This document shows, piece by piece, positions 28,374-38,425 of a stretch of 64,000 bases of DNA. Below the pieces are notes generated by a model. It saw only the letters and a program-made list of their open reading frames with translations. It was not told the origin of the DNA and ran no database searches. A program made the translations under genes and the position numbers. The first letter of the stretch is position 1, and every line of letters starts with the position of its first letter. The stretch is from positions 160,001 through 224,000 of the forward strand of contig CBDDDG010000021.1 of assembly GCA_965226555.1 (NCBI GenBank), written 5' to 3'. Origin of the DNA: Salinispira sp. Lineage in GTDB: Bacteria > Spirochaetota > Spirochaetia > DSM-27196 > Salinispiraceae.

Positions 28374-30494
28374 TTAGGGCTTTTCTCCAACATTCACCTC
28401 CACAGTTGTCATTGTGTCGTTGCCGAGAATGTCTACCACCTTCACAGCGATCTTACGCCGCCCGGGACTCACCTCGCGTGCCGCGCTTTTCAGTTCCAGC
28501 GAACGATCCTTCCGTGTGCGGAAGCTCTGCCACTCGTTCTCGAAAATATAATTGCCCGTCCACTCCTCGCTGGTCTCACCGATTTCCGAATTTTTCACGC
28601 GGATAATTTCCCGCTTATTTTCGAAGTCGAAGTCAACGCTCCAGTAGTCTATCCAATCTGTCCAGCTCTGGGTTAGTATTTCGCGCTGCACAATTCCCTT
28701 TTTGTCTTTACTCAGCCGTATAACCTGCCCATTTTTCACCACGATTTTGCTGCCTTCCTTCTTCGTTTTGCTCAGCGCATCTTCTGCTTTGATGATGCTG
28801 TCCTGCGAGTAGTAGACCGAGAAATCTGTCAACTCCACTGCCACCGTTGGCGGCGTGCTTTTCTTGCCCGCGCGTACATGCGGTTTTACCTCAATGTAGC
28901 TCACATCGTGAAAAACCACGTGGTTCTTTTCTACCGCCCGTTTGTCGAAGACCTCCGCGGGAATGTATTTCGGCGCAATGTTAATGCCCGTGGACAGAGC
29001 CTCGTTCAGCGAGTTGGGGAAGAGCCCCATTTCGAACTCGAAGCCGAGGATGTCTACCGCGCTCATGTGTTTTTTGCGGCATTCGCGGATGATCTCCTCC
29101 ACAAAGAGCCTCGTTACCGGTAGGTTCACCGGTCCTATCGCCACAAGCCGCCCTGCTCGCGTGCCGTGGAAGCTCTCGAACTGCGTTACCTTTTCCGCTC
29201 CGTAGGCCTTCAGAATGAGGTCGAGGAAGGCAGCCTCCTTCTGCGCCAGTTGCTGCAGCTGTTCCTCCTCGCGCAGGTTAGGATTAATGCCCACAAAATG
29301 CTGGCGCTCGTATTTGCCGAGGTTGAGAATTTCAAAGGCGCGGTAATTTTGCCCCTGCTCTTTACGCTGCCGCTGCACAGCGATCATCCGTTTGCGCGTG
29401 CTGTGAATGGCGAACTTGCCCAGATCCGCGCACATCCATTTGCGCCCCAACTGTTCCGCTACTGCCGCCGTTGTGCCCGAGCCGCAGAAGAAGTCGGCGA
29501 CAAGATCGCCTTCGTTGCTGGATGCTTTAATAATGCGTTCGAGCAGGGCTTCGGGTTTTTGGGTGGGGTAGCCGATTCGTTCATCGGCTAATGGGTTTAT
29601 TATTGGAATATCCCAAACATCATCTACCGGTGTTCCACGTGGATTAGGCTCATATTTTGTTCCTGATGCGCCAACTATTCCACCCCTAGCGTAACCACTG
29701 GTTTCTTTATAGGGAACCCGAACAGCGTCAATATTGAAGATACATTTCTCTGCTTTCCGATACCAGAAGAGGTTGTCGTGCTTCTTTGAGAAATAGTGTG
29801 TTGATCGTCCGCCGCCGGTATAGTGCCAAGCTATTTCATTGAGATGGTTTCCTTGTCCAAAAATCTCATCTAAGCACAGTCGAACTACGGAGTTTACGCG
29901 CCAATCGCAATGCACATAAATACTCCCATCCTCGGCTAACAAGTCCCGCATGAGAATGAGGCGTTCGTAGATCATGGCGATGAAGGAATCGGCGCCCTTG
30001 CCCCAGGTGTCGCGGTAGGCAATTTCCTCAATAATGCTGGGTTTTTTGGTAAAGGTGTCGCCGCCGATCTCAATATTCATGGAGAAATCCGCTCCCACAT
30101 CGAAGGGCGGGTCAATGTAAATGAGTTTCAGCCCGCCCTGTGCCTCAATATCATCGCGCAGCGGCCCGTTCTTGAGGGCTGACAGGATCAGCTTGTTGTC
30201 GCCCCAGATCAGCTTGTTTGTCCAGCCCTTGATCTGCCGTCCCCGCTCATCGGTCGAGAATAACTCCATCTGCTGTGATGTATCATACGGCTTCTCCGCC
30301 CGCGGCTCGTCCACCTGCTCAATGGTCTGGAAGGGCAGCGTAATGTTGCAGACCTCAGTGGTTTTCCCGTTCCAGACAAGTTCGACCTCGCGCGTGTCTT
30401 CGAACAGCAGAAATCGGTACTTCTCCGGCAGCGCCTTGCCCGCCTCAATGCAACGCTCAATTTCCTGTTTTTCCTGTTCAGTCAGTTTCAGCAT
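28374..30494 (-). CDS. Second Type III-like DNA methyltransferase (Mod), orphan
   Basis: Motifs [30 protein letters not shown] and terminal [19 protein letters not shown]. No res gene downstream. Confidence 0.9.
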   Translation of the reverse strand: MLKLTEQEKQEIERCIEAGKALPEKYRFLLFEDTREVELVWNGKTTEVCNITLPFQTIEQVDEPRAEKPYDTSQQMELFSTDERGRQIKGWTNKLIWGDNKLILSALKNGPLRDDIEAQGGLKLIYIDPPFDVGADFSMNIEIGGDTFTKKPSIIEEIAYRDTWGKGADSFIAMIYERLILMRDLLAEDGSIYVHCDWRVNSVVRLCLDEIFGQGNHLNEIAWHYTGGGRSTHYFSKKHDNLFWYRKAEKCIFNIDAVRVPYKETSGYARGGIVGASGTKYEPNPRGTPVDDVWDIPIINPLADERIGYPTQKPEALLERIIKASSNEGDLVADFFCGSGTTAAVAEQLGRKWMCADLGKFAIHSTRKRMIAVQRQRKEQGQNYRAFEILNLGKYERQHFVGINPNLREEEQLQQLAQKEAAFLDLILKAYGAEKVTQFESFHGTRAGRLVAIGPVNLPVTRLFVEEIIRECRKKHMSAVDILGFEFEMGLFPNSLNEALSTGINIAPKYIPAEVFDKRAVEKNHVVFHDVSYIEVKPHVRAGKKSTPPTVAVELTDFSVYYSQDSIIKAEDALSKTKKEGSKIVVKNGQVIRLSKDKKGIVQREILTQSWTDWIDYWSVDFDFENKREIIRVKNSEIGETSEEWTGNYIFENEWQSFRTRKDRSLELKSAAREVSPGRRKIAVKVVDILGNDTMTTVEVNVGEKP

Positions 30495-30505
30495 GTATTG
30501 CTTTA

Positions 30506-31117
30506 TTACCTCTTTGCGATTCCTGAATTCCTGCCCTGCTCTATTTTTCTGTATAATCTCCCGCTGCCCGTATGTCCCCATTCTCCCGTTCTTGCCTGAT
30601 CATTCGAATGATCAGATGCCCCCTGCGACATTCCCTTTGATGGCTGTAACACTCCCATGGAGGGTGTTCGCATGAGTACGCTAATTAATTCTTCAACTGC
30701 CGATCTTCCTTCGAATGTTTGATAACCGGTTGGTTTTCCCGGATATCGCACAATTCCTTGAGAGTTATAGTATGAAAGTTCTTCCTTAGCATATATTTCT
30801 GCAAATTTTGAAGGGTTTGTTCGTACTGCGTTGGTTACAAGGATTACTCCTTTCTCATTATTGCTTAGGTAGTCGACATCTTTCGCGGTATTTAGTTCTT
30901 CTACAGGCCATCCATCGCGTTCCATGCGAATGACCAATTGTTCATATTGATTATCTTCAAATATGCTTTCATTGTTTGAAAGATTGTTTGAAATATTTAA
31001 GGCACTTGCTATGGAGTCAACAATTCCTTGAACTGTCTCACAGGAGGAAAATAAAAGGAGCGATAGGAGAACTATGCACATGTAATGTATTCTAACTTTC
31101 TTGGAGCATTTTTTCAA
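30506..31117 (-). pseudogene. Lipoprotein with truncated CAP/SCP domain
   Basis: Lipobox FSSC, then N..RTNP..FA, EG.SAV.E.I..L and A.DH..DQ..TG..GHTGS. The frame ends before the GENI/GHR..I half of the CAP domain. Confidence 0.6.
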
Positions 31118-31162
31118 TTCAACAAGGATTTTCCAGAAAGCTCTGGAGCCTTATTTCTCATA

Positions 31163-32737
31163 TCAAAACCGCCTGTCACTTAGTTCCCAGTAGGCATCGG
31201 TTCCCTCTAAGGCTTCGTTTTCCTGTATGAGATCCCATGCGGTATCTCCTTCGTCACTCCGCACTTGTACATCGGCTCCTGCATTTAGCAGAGTGATAAT
31301 AATATCGGGATTTTGGTTTTTACTAGCAGCGAACATCAGGGGTGTCGCTCCATATTCATTCCGCGCATGAACATCAGCTCCTGCATTGATGAGGGTAGTA
31401 ATAATATCGGGATTTTGGTTTTCAGTAGCAGCCGCCATCAGGGGAGTCGTTCCGTTTTCATTCCGCGCATTAACATCAGCACCGGCATTCAGCAGGGTGG
31501 TGATGATTTCGGAATTTTCGTTAGACCAGACAGCCGCCATCAGGGGAGTCCATCCGCTGTTATTCTGCGCATGAACATCAGCGCCAGCATTTATGAGGGT
31601 GGTAAGGACATCGAGGTTTTGGTTGTTAGCGGCAGCCACCATCAGGGGAGTCAATCCGTTTTCCTCCCGCGCATGAACATCAGCTCCGGCATTGATGAGA
31701 GCGGTAATGACATCGGGGTTTTGGTTATTATCGACAGCGAACATAAGGGGAGTCGCTCTGTTTTCATTCCGCGCATGAACATCAGCTCCTGCATTGATGA
31801 GGGTAGTAATGACATCGAGGTTTTGGTTATTAGCGGCAGCCACCATCAGGGGAGTCAATCCGTTTTCAATCTGCGCGTTAACATCAGCGCCAGCATTGAT
31901 GAGGGTAGTAATGACATTGGGGTTTTTGTTAACAAAGATAGCCATCATCAGGGGAGTAAATCCGTTTTTATCCCGCGCATGAACATCAGCGCCAGCATTG
32001 ATGAGGGCGGTAATGACATCGGGGTTTTTGTTAACAAAGACAGCCTCCATCAGGGGAGTCGCTCTGTTTTCATTCCGCGCATGAACATCAGCGCCGGCAT
32101 TCAGCAGGGCGGTAATAATTTCGGAATTTTCGTTATATCTGGCAGCAAACATCAGGGGAGTCGCTCCGTTTTCATTCCGCACATTAACATCAGCGCCCGC
32201 ATTGATGAGGGCGGTAATAATTTCGGAATTTTCGTTATTCCTGACAGCCCGCATCAGGGGAGTCCATCCATCGTTATCCTGCGCATTAACATTAGCGCCG
32301 GCGTTCAGCAGGACGGTAATGACATCGGGATTTTGGTTATATCTGGTAACCAACAACAGAGCTGTCCACCCACTATTAGTATGTGCATTAACATCAGCGC
32401 CAGCATTCAGCAGGGCGGTAATGACATCGGGGTTTTTGTTATATCTGGCAGCAAACAACAGGGGAGCCCATCCGGTTGTAATCCGCGCATATACATCTAT
32501 GCTTCCTGTACTCAGTGCCTGCCGTACTACTTCAGGAGATACGTTTCTCCAGTAATCCTCTGTAGCCCATTCCTGTTCGGATAACACATCCTGTGTTTCT
32601 CCAGAAGATACACTTGTTTGATCTTCATTTGCAGTCCATTCCTGCACAGACATGGAATTGCCCTCCGTTGTCATACATGAGCTTATTACGACCATTATCA
32701 GTAATAGTGCTGAAATGTACGGGTTAATATTTGCCAT
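31163..32737 (-). CDS. Ankyrin repeat lipoprotein A4 (~12 repeats)
   Basis: MANINPYISALLLIMVVISSC lipobox, ankyrin repeats, C-cap ELSDRRF. Confidence 0.92.
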   Translation of the reverse strand: MANINPYISALLLIMVVISSCMTTEGNSMSVQEWTANEDQTSVSSGETQDVLSEQEWATEDYWRNVSPEVVRQALSTGSIDVYARITTGWAPLLFAARYNKNPDVITALLNAGADVNAHTNSGWTALLLVTRYNQNPDVITVLLNAGANVNAQDNDGWTPLMRAVRNNENSEIITALINAGADVNVRNENGATPLMFAARYNENSEIITALLNAGADVHARNENRATPLMEAVFVNKNPDVITALINAGADVHARDKNGFTPLMMAIFVNKNPNVITTLINAGADVNAQIENGLTPLMVAAANNQNLDVITTLINAGADVHARNENRATPLMFAVDNNQNPDVITALINAGADVHAREENGLTPLMVAAANNQNLDVLTTLINAGADVHAQNNSGWTPLMAAVWSNENSEIITTLLNAGADVNARNENGTTPLMAAATENQNPDIITTLINAGADVHARNEYGATPLMFAASKNQNPDIIITLLNAGADVQVRSDEGDTAWDLIQENEALEGTDAYWELSDRRF

Positions 32738-32895
32738 TGTATTCTCCTAAAAAGGTAATCGCGCGTACATGTTCACCTCATGTGAGGTTATTTACCGCAC
32801 GATGCGCTACTATACCATATTTTAACACGCATTCACAGTGGAACATTACAGATTTTTCAACACTGCCGTCCGTAGAAAATTTCTCTGCTCTCTGC

Positions 32896-35800
32896 TCACT
32901 CCTTCACAAGTATGAATTCCACGCGTCGGTTTTTCCATGCAAATGTAGAGGGGGCGGGGGTGAAGTTTCGGCTTTTGCCGAGGCCGGGCACTATTGGCTG
33001 CGCATTGCCGCAGCCTTCTGCTGTCATGCGGTTTCTGTTTATGCCGGATTTTATCAGTTCGTTCCTCACTGCCTGAGCCCGTTCGCTGGAAAGGGGGAAG
33101 AGCCGCGGACCCGGCGGATCAATTATCTGATTTGCGTGCCCCTCAATGCGAATGGAGTAGTCTGAATAATTGTTCGCGCTCGGGTCGATCAATTTCAGGG
33201 TATGCGCCAAATCCGTAAAGGTTGCGCGGTTTTTTCTGCCTGTTGGTGAATTGTTCAGAATGATGTTTGAACTATTCGGCGCAAAATTGATATTGGCAAT
33301 TTGTGTTTCGCATACCCTCTTATCTTCAGTGCAGAAAACGAGAATGCCAATGGGAATGTCGCCGCTCAGCTCGGCGTAATTTTTGAGATTATCGCTCGCG
33401 CTGAATCGATATTGATAGACCTCGTTCGATATAACCGATTCCCCGGTAGATGTTCCCGTATTTGCGAGACCATCCCATTGTATGCTCTCACGCGCTTCCC
33501 TCCCACCGCCACTGGCGGAACGAACATCGGAGCTAATTTCGTAGAACAAATTCTCTTCGCGGTCGTAAATCTTCAAGTCCCACCTGAGAAGGCCTGAGGG
33601 ATCGCTGCTCTCAAGCCCAATGTTCAGTTCAGTACCCTCATCAATTTCACTGCCCCTCCGGGTACTCGCAAGACATGCGACCGCCGCCGGGTCGACAACG
33701 GTGCCGTCATCATTTTGCGCAATGAAAAGAGGATAGACAGGGCTAAACGGAAGAGGCTGTATATTGGCGCTGAGCTCGGGAGCGGTAACATCGACAGTGA
33801 AAGCGGCCCGCTGCGACACGGGGGTATCTCCCTTGGCATAGATTACCGCAGCCTGCGCATAAAATGCCCCCTCGCGCATTCGCCCGGAATTATCCATAAC
33901 TCCCGAAAACGGTATAGTCGTATCCATATTTTGCAGGCTCGCCGCGCTGCGTTCCCAAACGAGCGCGCCCGCATCGTCGTAAATTCCCACCGTCCAGCTC
34001 TCAATGGCATCTATCACATTCACGCTGAGGGTAATGCTGAGCGAATCCTTATAACGATCATTATTGGGGCTTATGCCCTCCTCGCTCAGGGCAATAGTAA
34101 CAGTGGTTTCGCGGTTATCCAGCTCAATGGTGGAAATGTGCTCCTCAGTTTTGTTGCCGGCGATATCTTCCGAACTGACAACATAGCGATATGCGCCATC
34201 GGGGAGAATGGCATTGTTTCGGGAGCGTCCATCCCACTGAATGGAATTCAGCTCGCCAGTCCAGGTTCTCTCCCAGACATCATCGCCATCCTCATTATAT
34301 ATAACTGCCGAATAGAGCGCCTCGCCCGAGCCCTGCTGAACAATGGGGAGGGTGTCTTTTTTTTCATCGCCATTCGGGCTGAAAAGAAGATACTCCGCCA
34401 TGGATTTAATGACCGGATACTGTGTGTCGAGCAGAAACGCTGCGCTTTCGCCCTCAGTTATGCTTCCGTTGTCGAGCCGAACCCTGAGCAGCGCCGAAAA
34501 TTCGCCGTCTGCCGCCAGTTTTCCCTCGGTATTTTTGCCGTTCCATGTCAGTTTTTCTGGAACAGCGCCGTTTTCGCTCACGCTGTATACCGACTGCCCG
34601 CGGATGTTGCGAATTTCGAAGTCATAGGAACGAACAAAATTATTTGGGGAGACCTGCATATTCAATTCCTGCGTTTCCAGAGTGGAATCGCCATTCGGCG
34701 AAAAGGCGGGCGCAGCGGCGCGCACACTCACGGAGGCGCGCGTGGTGTCGAGAATGAAACTGCCTGTTTGGTCGGTGGTGGTATTTCCCGGGTCATCGGT
34801 CGCCGAAAGTTCATAGATGTATGAGGTATTTGGAGCGATTCTTCCCGCGTCGTTGCGGCCATCCCAGAGAATTGTTTCCTGCGCGCTGCTGTTGTTGAAG
34901 GAAAAGGTTTTCACGAGCTGCCCGTTGTCGGCTCTGCGTATTTTTCCCGTTCCTGTCCATGGGGGATTGGTATTGACCGTTTGCTGAATGCGGAGTGTGT
35001 CGCAGCTGCCGTCATTGTTTGGGGAGAATGTTGGAATGCCTTCTCGTTCGCAGGTCGATGAGGCGCTCAGGGTGATGTCGGGAGACAGGCTGTCGATGAT
35101 GATATTCGATATGGTTTCCGAGCTGTAGTTGCCGGCGAGGTCGCTGCTTGAAATGTGATATTCGTAGGTCCCGTCGGGAAGCCGTTGTCCGGCATTATCG
35201 GTTCCGTCCCAGTAATACACAGTGGGCGGGGAATGGGAGATGCGCTCGGTTTTGACAACCGCGCCGGCGCTATCGGATATTTCAATGTTCCAGAGTTCCT
35301 CAGTACTGCCGCTCTGCTCAATGCGCAGGGGTTCCTTCGCTGGTGAGAATGTTGTTCGCGGCGCGCTGATATTCACCTGCGGATATTCGGTATCGACCGC
35401 CAGTATGAATTGCCGGGCGGGAGCGGCATTGCCCTGCGCATCAATGGCGGAGAGGGAAACATCATATTTCCCATCGGAAAGGCTTCGTCCATCGGTATTT
35501 CTGCCGCTGAGCGAAAGGGTTTGAGGCGGTGTAATGGTCGGTATGGGGCGAAACATTCCAAACACATTCGTTGTCCGTTCCCATGTTTGTGTGAAATCTT
35601 CCCTGTTGGGAACGCGCAATTCTACTTTCGCTATTCCCGAAGGATCATCAATCTGTAGTGCTTCGCTCCAGCTGTCCTGTATTCCATCGCCATTTGGTGA
35701 AATGTAGATTGTTTCCGGCAGCGCTATTTCAATGGCCGGCGGATCGCGGTCGACCTTCTGCAGCGGAAAGGCGGCTCCGGCAGCGAAGGCGAAGTGATCG

Positions 35801-36732
35801 GGATAGGGCGAGTAGATGGAAATGGTGGTATCAATATCAGGGTGATTTTGCCCCAACAGGCTGTAGGAAAGCGACAGCCGCGGCAGAAGGCTGGCATTCT
35901 GATACCCGTCTTCGAGCTGCTGCCGAAAATCGATGTTCCATGCAAGCGAAACGGAGAAGGCATTGAACAGACGCAGTGAGGTTTGGAGACCAAGCAGAAC
36001 ATCGGTAAATTCGGGAAATGCCACGTTCACCGCGTTGTAGAGCCCTGCATCTTCTGAAAACCTGAAGGCGGCAGTAACACCCCCGCGCGGCGTGAAGGGG
36101 CTCCGGTAATATGTTTCTCCGGGGGTCAGTATCTCCTTGCCGATTCCGGTCAGCGCGGCATGCCAGGCGAACTCGCTGAAGGGTCCGACAGCGCCAAGAT
36201 TCTGACTTACTCCCACCTTCGCGCTGAGCGCCCAGTCGGCATAATCGTCCTTAAACCCGATGCCACCTTCCACCGCTGCCCCGAGCACCAAGTTTTCAAC
36301 AACGTTGTTTGCCCAGCCGAAATGCAGGCGGATGGCGCCGCCGGTTGCGGCAACAGAGGTATTGAGATACTGAAACTCAATGCCGCCGTTGAGCTGCCCC
36401 CGTTCCAGCGGAATGTTGATCCAGCTCGAAGCCCGGTGCCCGCTGTAGGCATTCTCGGTTCGGGTGGTGTCGATGATTCCGCCGTAGCCCAGCTCAAGGA
36501 TGGGGACGTTCAGCGGATTGAAGACCGCGGGATTAAACAGCAGGGTGGACGGCAGTTTTTCGGGGAAGCGGGCGTTGCTCCCCCCGACAAACCCCGCCGC
36601 GTTGTCCGTGAATGTGGAATTAAATTCTGCCTGTTCCGCATTCTGCGCGCCGAGAACGGCCGCCGCCATGAAAAATACCATTACAAAGTTTTGCATACGG
36701 CAAAACTTTCTGACATATATTCTGTTGTACAT
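32896..36732 (-). CDS. Large envelope protein with FlgD-type Ig-like repeats and C-terminal OmpA domain
   Basis: Signal peptide, repeated FSPNGDG..D / W.G....G....DG.Y.Y...A.D.AGN units, and C-terminal IEGHA...LS.ERA.AV...L...G...NRRVEF. Confidence 0.85.
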   Translation of the reverse strand: MYNRIYVRKFCRMQNFVMVFFMAAAVLGAQNAEQAEFNSTFTDNAAGFVGGSNARFPEKLPSTLLFNPAVFNPLNVPILELGYGGIIDTTRTENAYSGHRASSWINIPLERGQLNGGIEFQYLNTSVAATGGAIRLHFGWANNVVENLVLGAAVEGGIGFKDDYADWALSAKVGVSQNLGAVGPFSEFAWHAALTGIGKEILTPGETYYRSPFTPRGGVTAAFRFSEDAGLYNAVNVAFPEFTDVLLGLQTSLRLFNAFSVSLAWNIDFRQQLEDGYQNASLLPRLSLSYSLLGQNHPDIDTTISIYSPYPDHFAFAAGAAFPLQKVDRDPPAIEIALPETIYISPNGDGIQDSWSEALQIDDPSGIAKVELRVPNREDFTQTWERTTNVFGMFRPIPTITPPQTLSLSGRNTDGRSLSDGKYDVSLSAIDAQGNAAPARQFILAVDTEYPQVNISAPRTTFSPAKEPLRIEQSGSTEELWNIEISDSAGAVVKTERISHSPPTVYYWDGTDNAGQRLPDGTYEYHISSSDLAGNYSSETISNIIIDSLSPDITLSASSTCEREGIPTFSPNNDGSCDTLRIQQTVNTNPPWTGTGKIRRADNGQLVKTFSFNNSSAQETILWDGRNDAGRIAPNTSYIYELSATDDPGNTTTDQTGSFILDTTRASVSVRAAAPAFSPNGDSTLETQELNMQVSPNNFVRSYDFEIRNIRGQSVYSVSENGAVPEKLTWNGKNTEGKLAADGEFSALLRVRLDNGSITEGESAAFLLDTQYPVIKSMAEYLLFSPNGDEKKDTLPIVQQGSGEALYSAVIYNEDGDDVWERTWTGELNSIQWDGRSRNNAILPDGAYRYVVSSEDIAGNKTEEHISTIELDNRETTVTIALSEEGISPNNDRYKDSLSITLSVNVIDAIESWTVGIYDDAGALVWERSAASLQNMDTTIPFSGVMDNSGRMREGAFYAQAAVIYAKGDTPVSQRAAFTVDVTAPELSANIQPLPFSPVYPLFIAQNDDGTVVDPAAVACLASTRRGSEIDEGTELNIGLESSDPSGLLRWDLKIYDREENLFYEISSDVRSASGGGREARESIQWDGLANTGTSTGESVISNEVYQYRFSASDNLKNYAELSGDIPIGILVFCTEDKRVCETQIANINFAPNSSNIILNNSPTGRKNRATFTDLAHTLKLIDPSANNYSDYSIRIEGHANQIIDPPGPRLFPLSSERAQAVRNELIKSGINRNRMTAEGCGNAQPIVPGLGKSRNFTPAPSTFAWKNRRVEFILVKE

Positions 36733-36748
36733 TGTATCTCCTGGAAAT

Positions 36749-36792
36749 TTTTGCATTGGAAAATTGTGCTTGCACAATTTCCAGTAGCAAAA
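36749..36792. repeat. Dispersed ~45-bp imperfect palindrome, copy 2
   Basis: TTTTGCATTGGAAAATTGTGC-TT-GCACAATTTCCAGTAGCAAAA. Confidence 0.85.
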
Positions 36793-36805
36793 GTTTATTC
36801 TCTTC

Positions 36806-37093
36806 TTATAAAATTATAAAGGCGTCAATCGTGTGCACATTTACCTCTGACATTTGAGAATTGTATTCACAGCACGATGCAACTCGCTGATACGCTATCT
36901 TACCATGTTTTGCCAAGTATTCACAGGCGGTATTTATATCGGTGGTTTCGCATAAGCGGATCAAGTTCAGCGCGACAATGTCCTGAGCATCGTAATTCTC
37001 AGCGAAATTCTCCTTACATGCGCGATACACTTCCCGAGCTCGTTTCAGGCAACGCTGCGCGCTTTGAATTTTTTGAATAAGAGTTTCATTCAT
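36806..37093 (-). pseudogene. Truncated HepT (HEPN/DUF86) toxin
   Basis: N-terminus K..S..RC..R.RE.Y...YDAQD...LNL.R.CE is HepT-like. The RxxxxH RNase motif is absent. ATGA-coupled to mntA. Confidence 0.7.
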
Positions 37094-37572
37094 AGGTTGT
37101 AGGCTCGTTTGGTTTCCAGAAAGCTCCGGAGAATGGCAGCTCGTTCCTCATTCAGCTTCTGGTGGGCGCTGAGGACCTGCATCTCAAATGCCAGAACGAC
37201 ATCCATGTCCTTGTCCTTAACATAGAGCCATCGGCCGGTGTTGATAATTTCGTTTTGGAATACCGTGCTGACGCGGCGGAGATTCACGAGGTCGACATCG
37301 CTCCGAAGCAGGTGGGAAAGCGCTGAGGCACAGGGTGAGATGGCCATGGGCAATTCCTTCTGAACCGGAGCGGTAGTCAACCCTGCATCCAGAACAACAG
37401 GTAGCAGAACGGCAATATCAACATCGCTCTGCGGCCACTGCTGCCCACAGGCGTAGCTCCCAAACAATGATATTGCTTCCACTTCGGGATAGTGCTGCTG
37501 AATAATTGGGATAATGAGTTTTTTATCAATTGTCGGCACTTCGTCTTTTTCTGTCGGAACTGTATTTTTCAT
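37090..37572 (-). CDS. mntA: MntA-type minimal nucleotidyltransferase antitoxin
   Basis: LFGSYA......SDVDIAV (GSx10DxD), VDLVNL, F..EI..TG and LNEER. Confidence 0.85.
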   Translation of the reverse strand: MKNTVPTEKDEVPTIDKKLIIPIIQQHYPEVEAISLFGSYACGQQWPQSDVDIAVLLPVVLDAGLTTAPVQKELPMAISPCASALSHLLRSDVDLVNLRRVSTVFQNEIINTGRWLYVKDKDMDVVLAFEMQVLSAHQKLNEERAAILRSFLETKRAYNL

Positions 37573-37590
37573 ATCAAAACTGCCGTGCGT

Positions 37591-38268
37591 TTAGTGCTCG
37601 GTAGGTACCAGTTCCCAGTAGACATCGGTTCCCTCTAAGGCTTCGTTTTCCTGCGCGAAATCCCATGCGGTTTTTCCGAATAGGGTTTCTACCATGTTAA
37701 CATCGGCTCCGGCATTCAGCAGGGCGGTGATAATTTCAGGGTCATCGTTATGCCAGGCAGCTTCCATGAGGGGGGTGTTTCCGTATTGATCCTGCGCGTT
37801 AACGTCAGCGCCGGCATTGATGATGGTTGCGATGATTTCAGGGTTGCCGCTATATTTGATAGCAAACATCAGGATGGGTTCTCCGTTTGCGGTCAGCATA
37901 TGAATATCAGCCTCGGCATTCAGCAGGGCGGTGATAATTTCAGGGTTGCCGCTATACCTGATGACAGCCAACATCAGGGCTGTCCAGCCGTTTTCATCCT
38001 GCGCGTTAATATCGGCATTGGCATCAGCTCCGGCATTCAGCAGGGTAGTGATGATTTCAAGGGTGTTGGTATATTCGGCAGCCAACATCAGAGGAGTCCG
38101 TCCGTCTTTATCCTGTTCAGTAACATCTATGGTTCCTGCGCGCAGATCAATTTGCAGATCTTCAGGCGACAGATTTGCCCAATATTCCGGCTCTGTCCAT
38201 TCCTGCGCTGAGAGGAGACTGCCGATGCACAGCAGTATTGTTAATATTGAAAAAGTGTGTAGTTTCAT
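37591..38268 (-). CDS. Secreted ankyrin repeat protein A5 (~4 repeats)
   Basis: Signal peptide MKLHTFSILTILLCIGSLLSAQ, C-cap ELVPTEH. Confidence 0.9.
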   Translation of the reverse strand: MKLHTFSILTILLCIGSLLSAQEWTEPEYWANLSPEDLQIDLRAGTIDVTEQDKDGRTPLMLAAEYTNTLEIITTLLNAGADANADINAQDENGWTALMLAVIRYSGNPEIITALLNAEADIHMLTANGEPILMFAIKYSGNPEIIATIINAGADVNAQDQYGNTPLMEAAWHNDDPEIITALLNAGADVNMVETLFGKTAWDFAQENEALEGTDVYWELVPTEH

Positions 38269-38290
38269 AATGTTCTTCCTTTATTATAGT

Positions 38291-38330
38291 TGATGGAAAA
38301 TTTTGCAGAGTAAAATTTTTAGTAGCAAAA
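38291..38330. repeat. Dispersed palindrome, degenerate copy 3
   Basis: TGATGGAAAATTTTGC-AGA-GTAAAATTTTTAGTAGCAAAA. Confidence 0.6.
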
Positions 38331-38425
38331 TTCTCTGATGTAATTATATATGAAAGTTTTGCATAAAGCAAAAGTTTTTCCTCTGGCAAAACTTTCATAT
38401 CCTGAGAGAATCCTCATTCGTGCGT

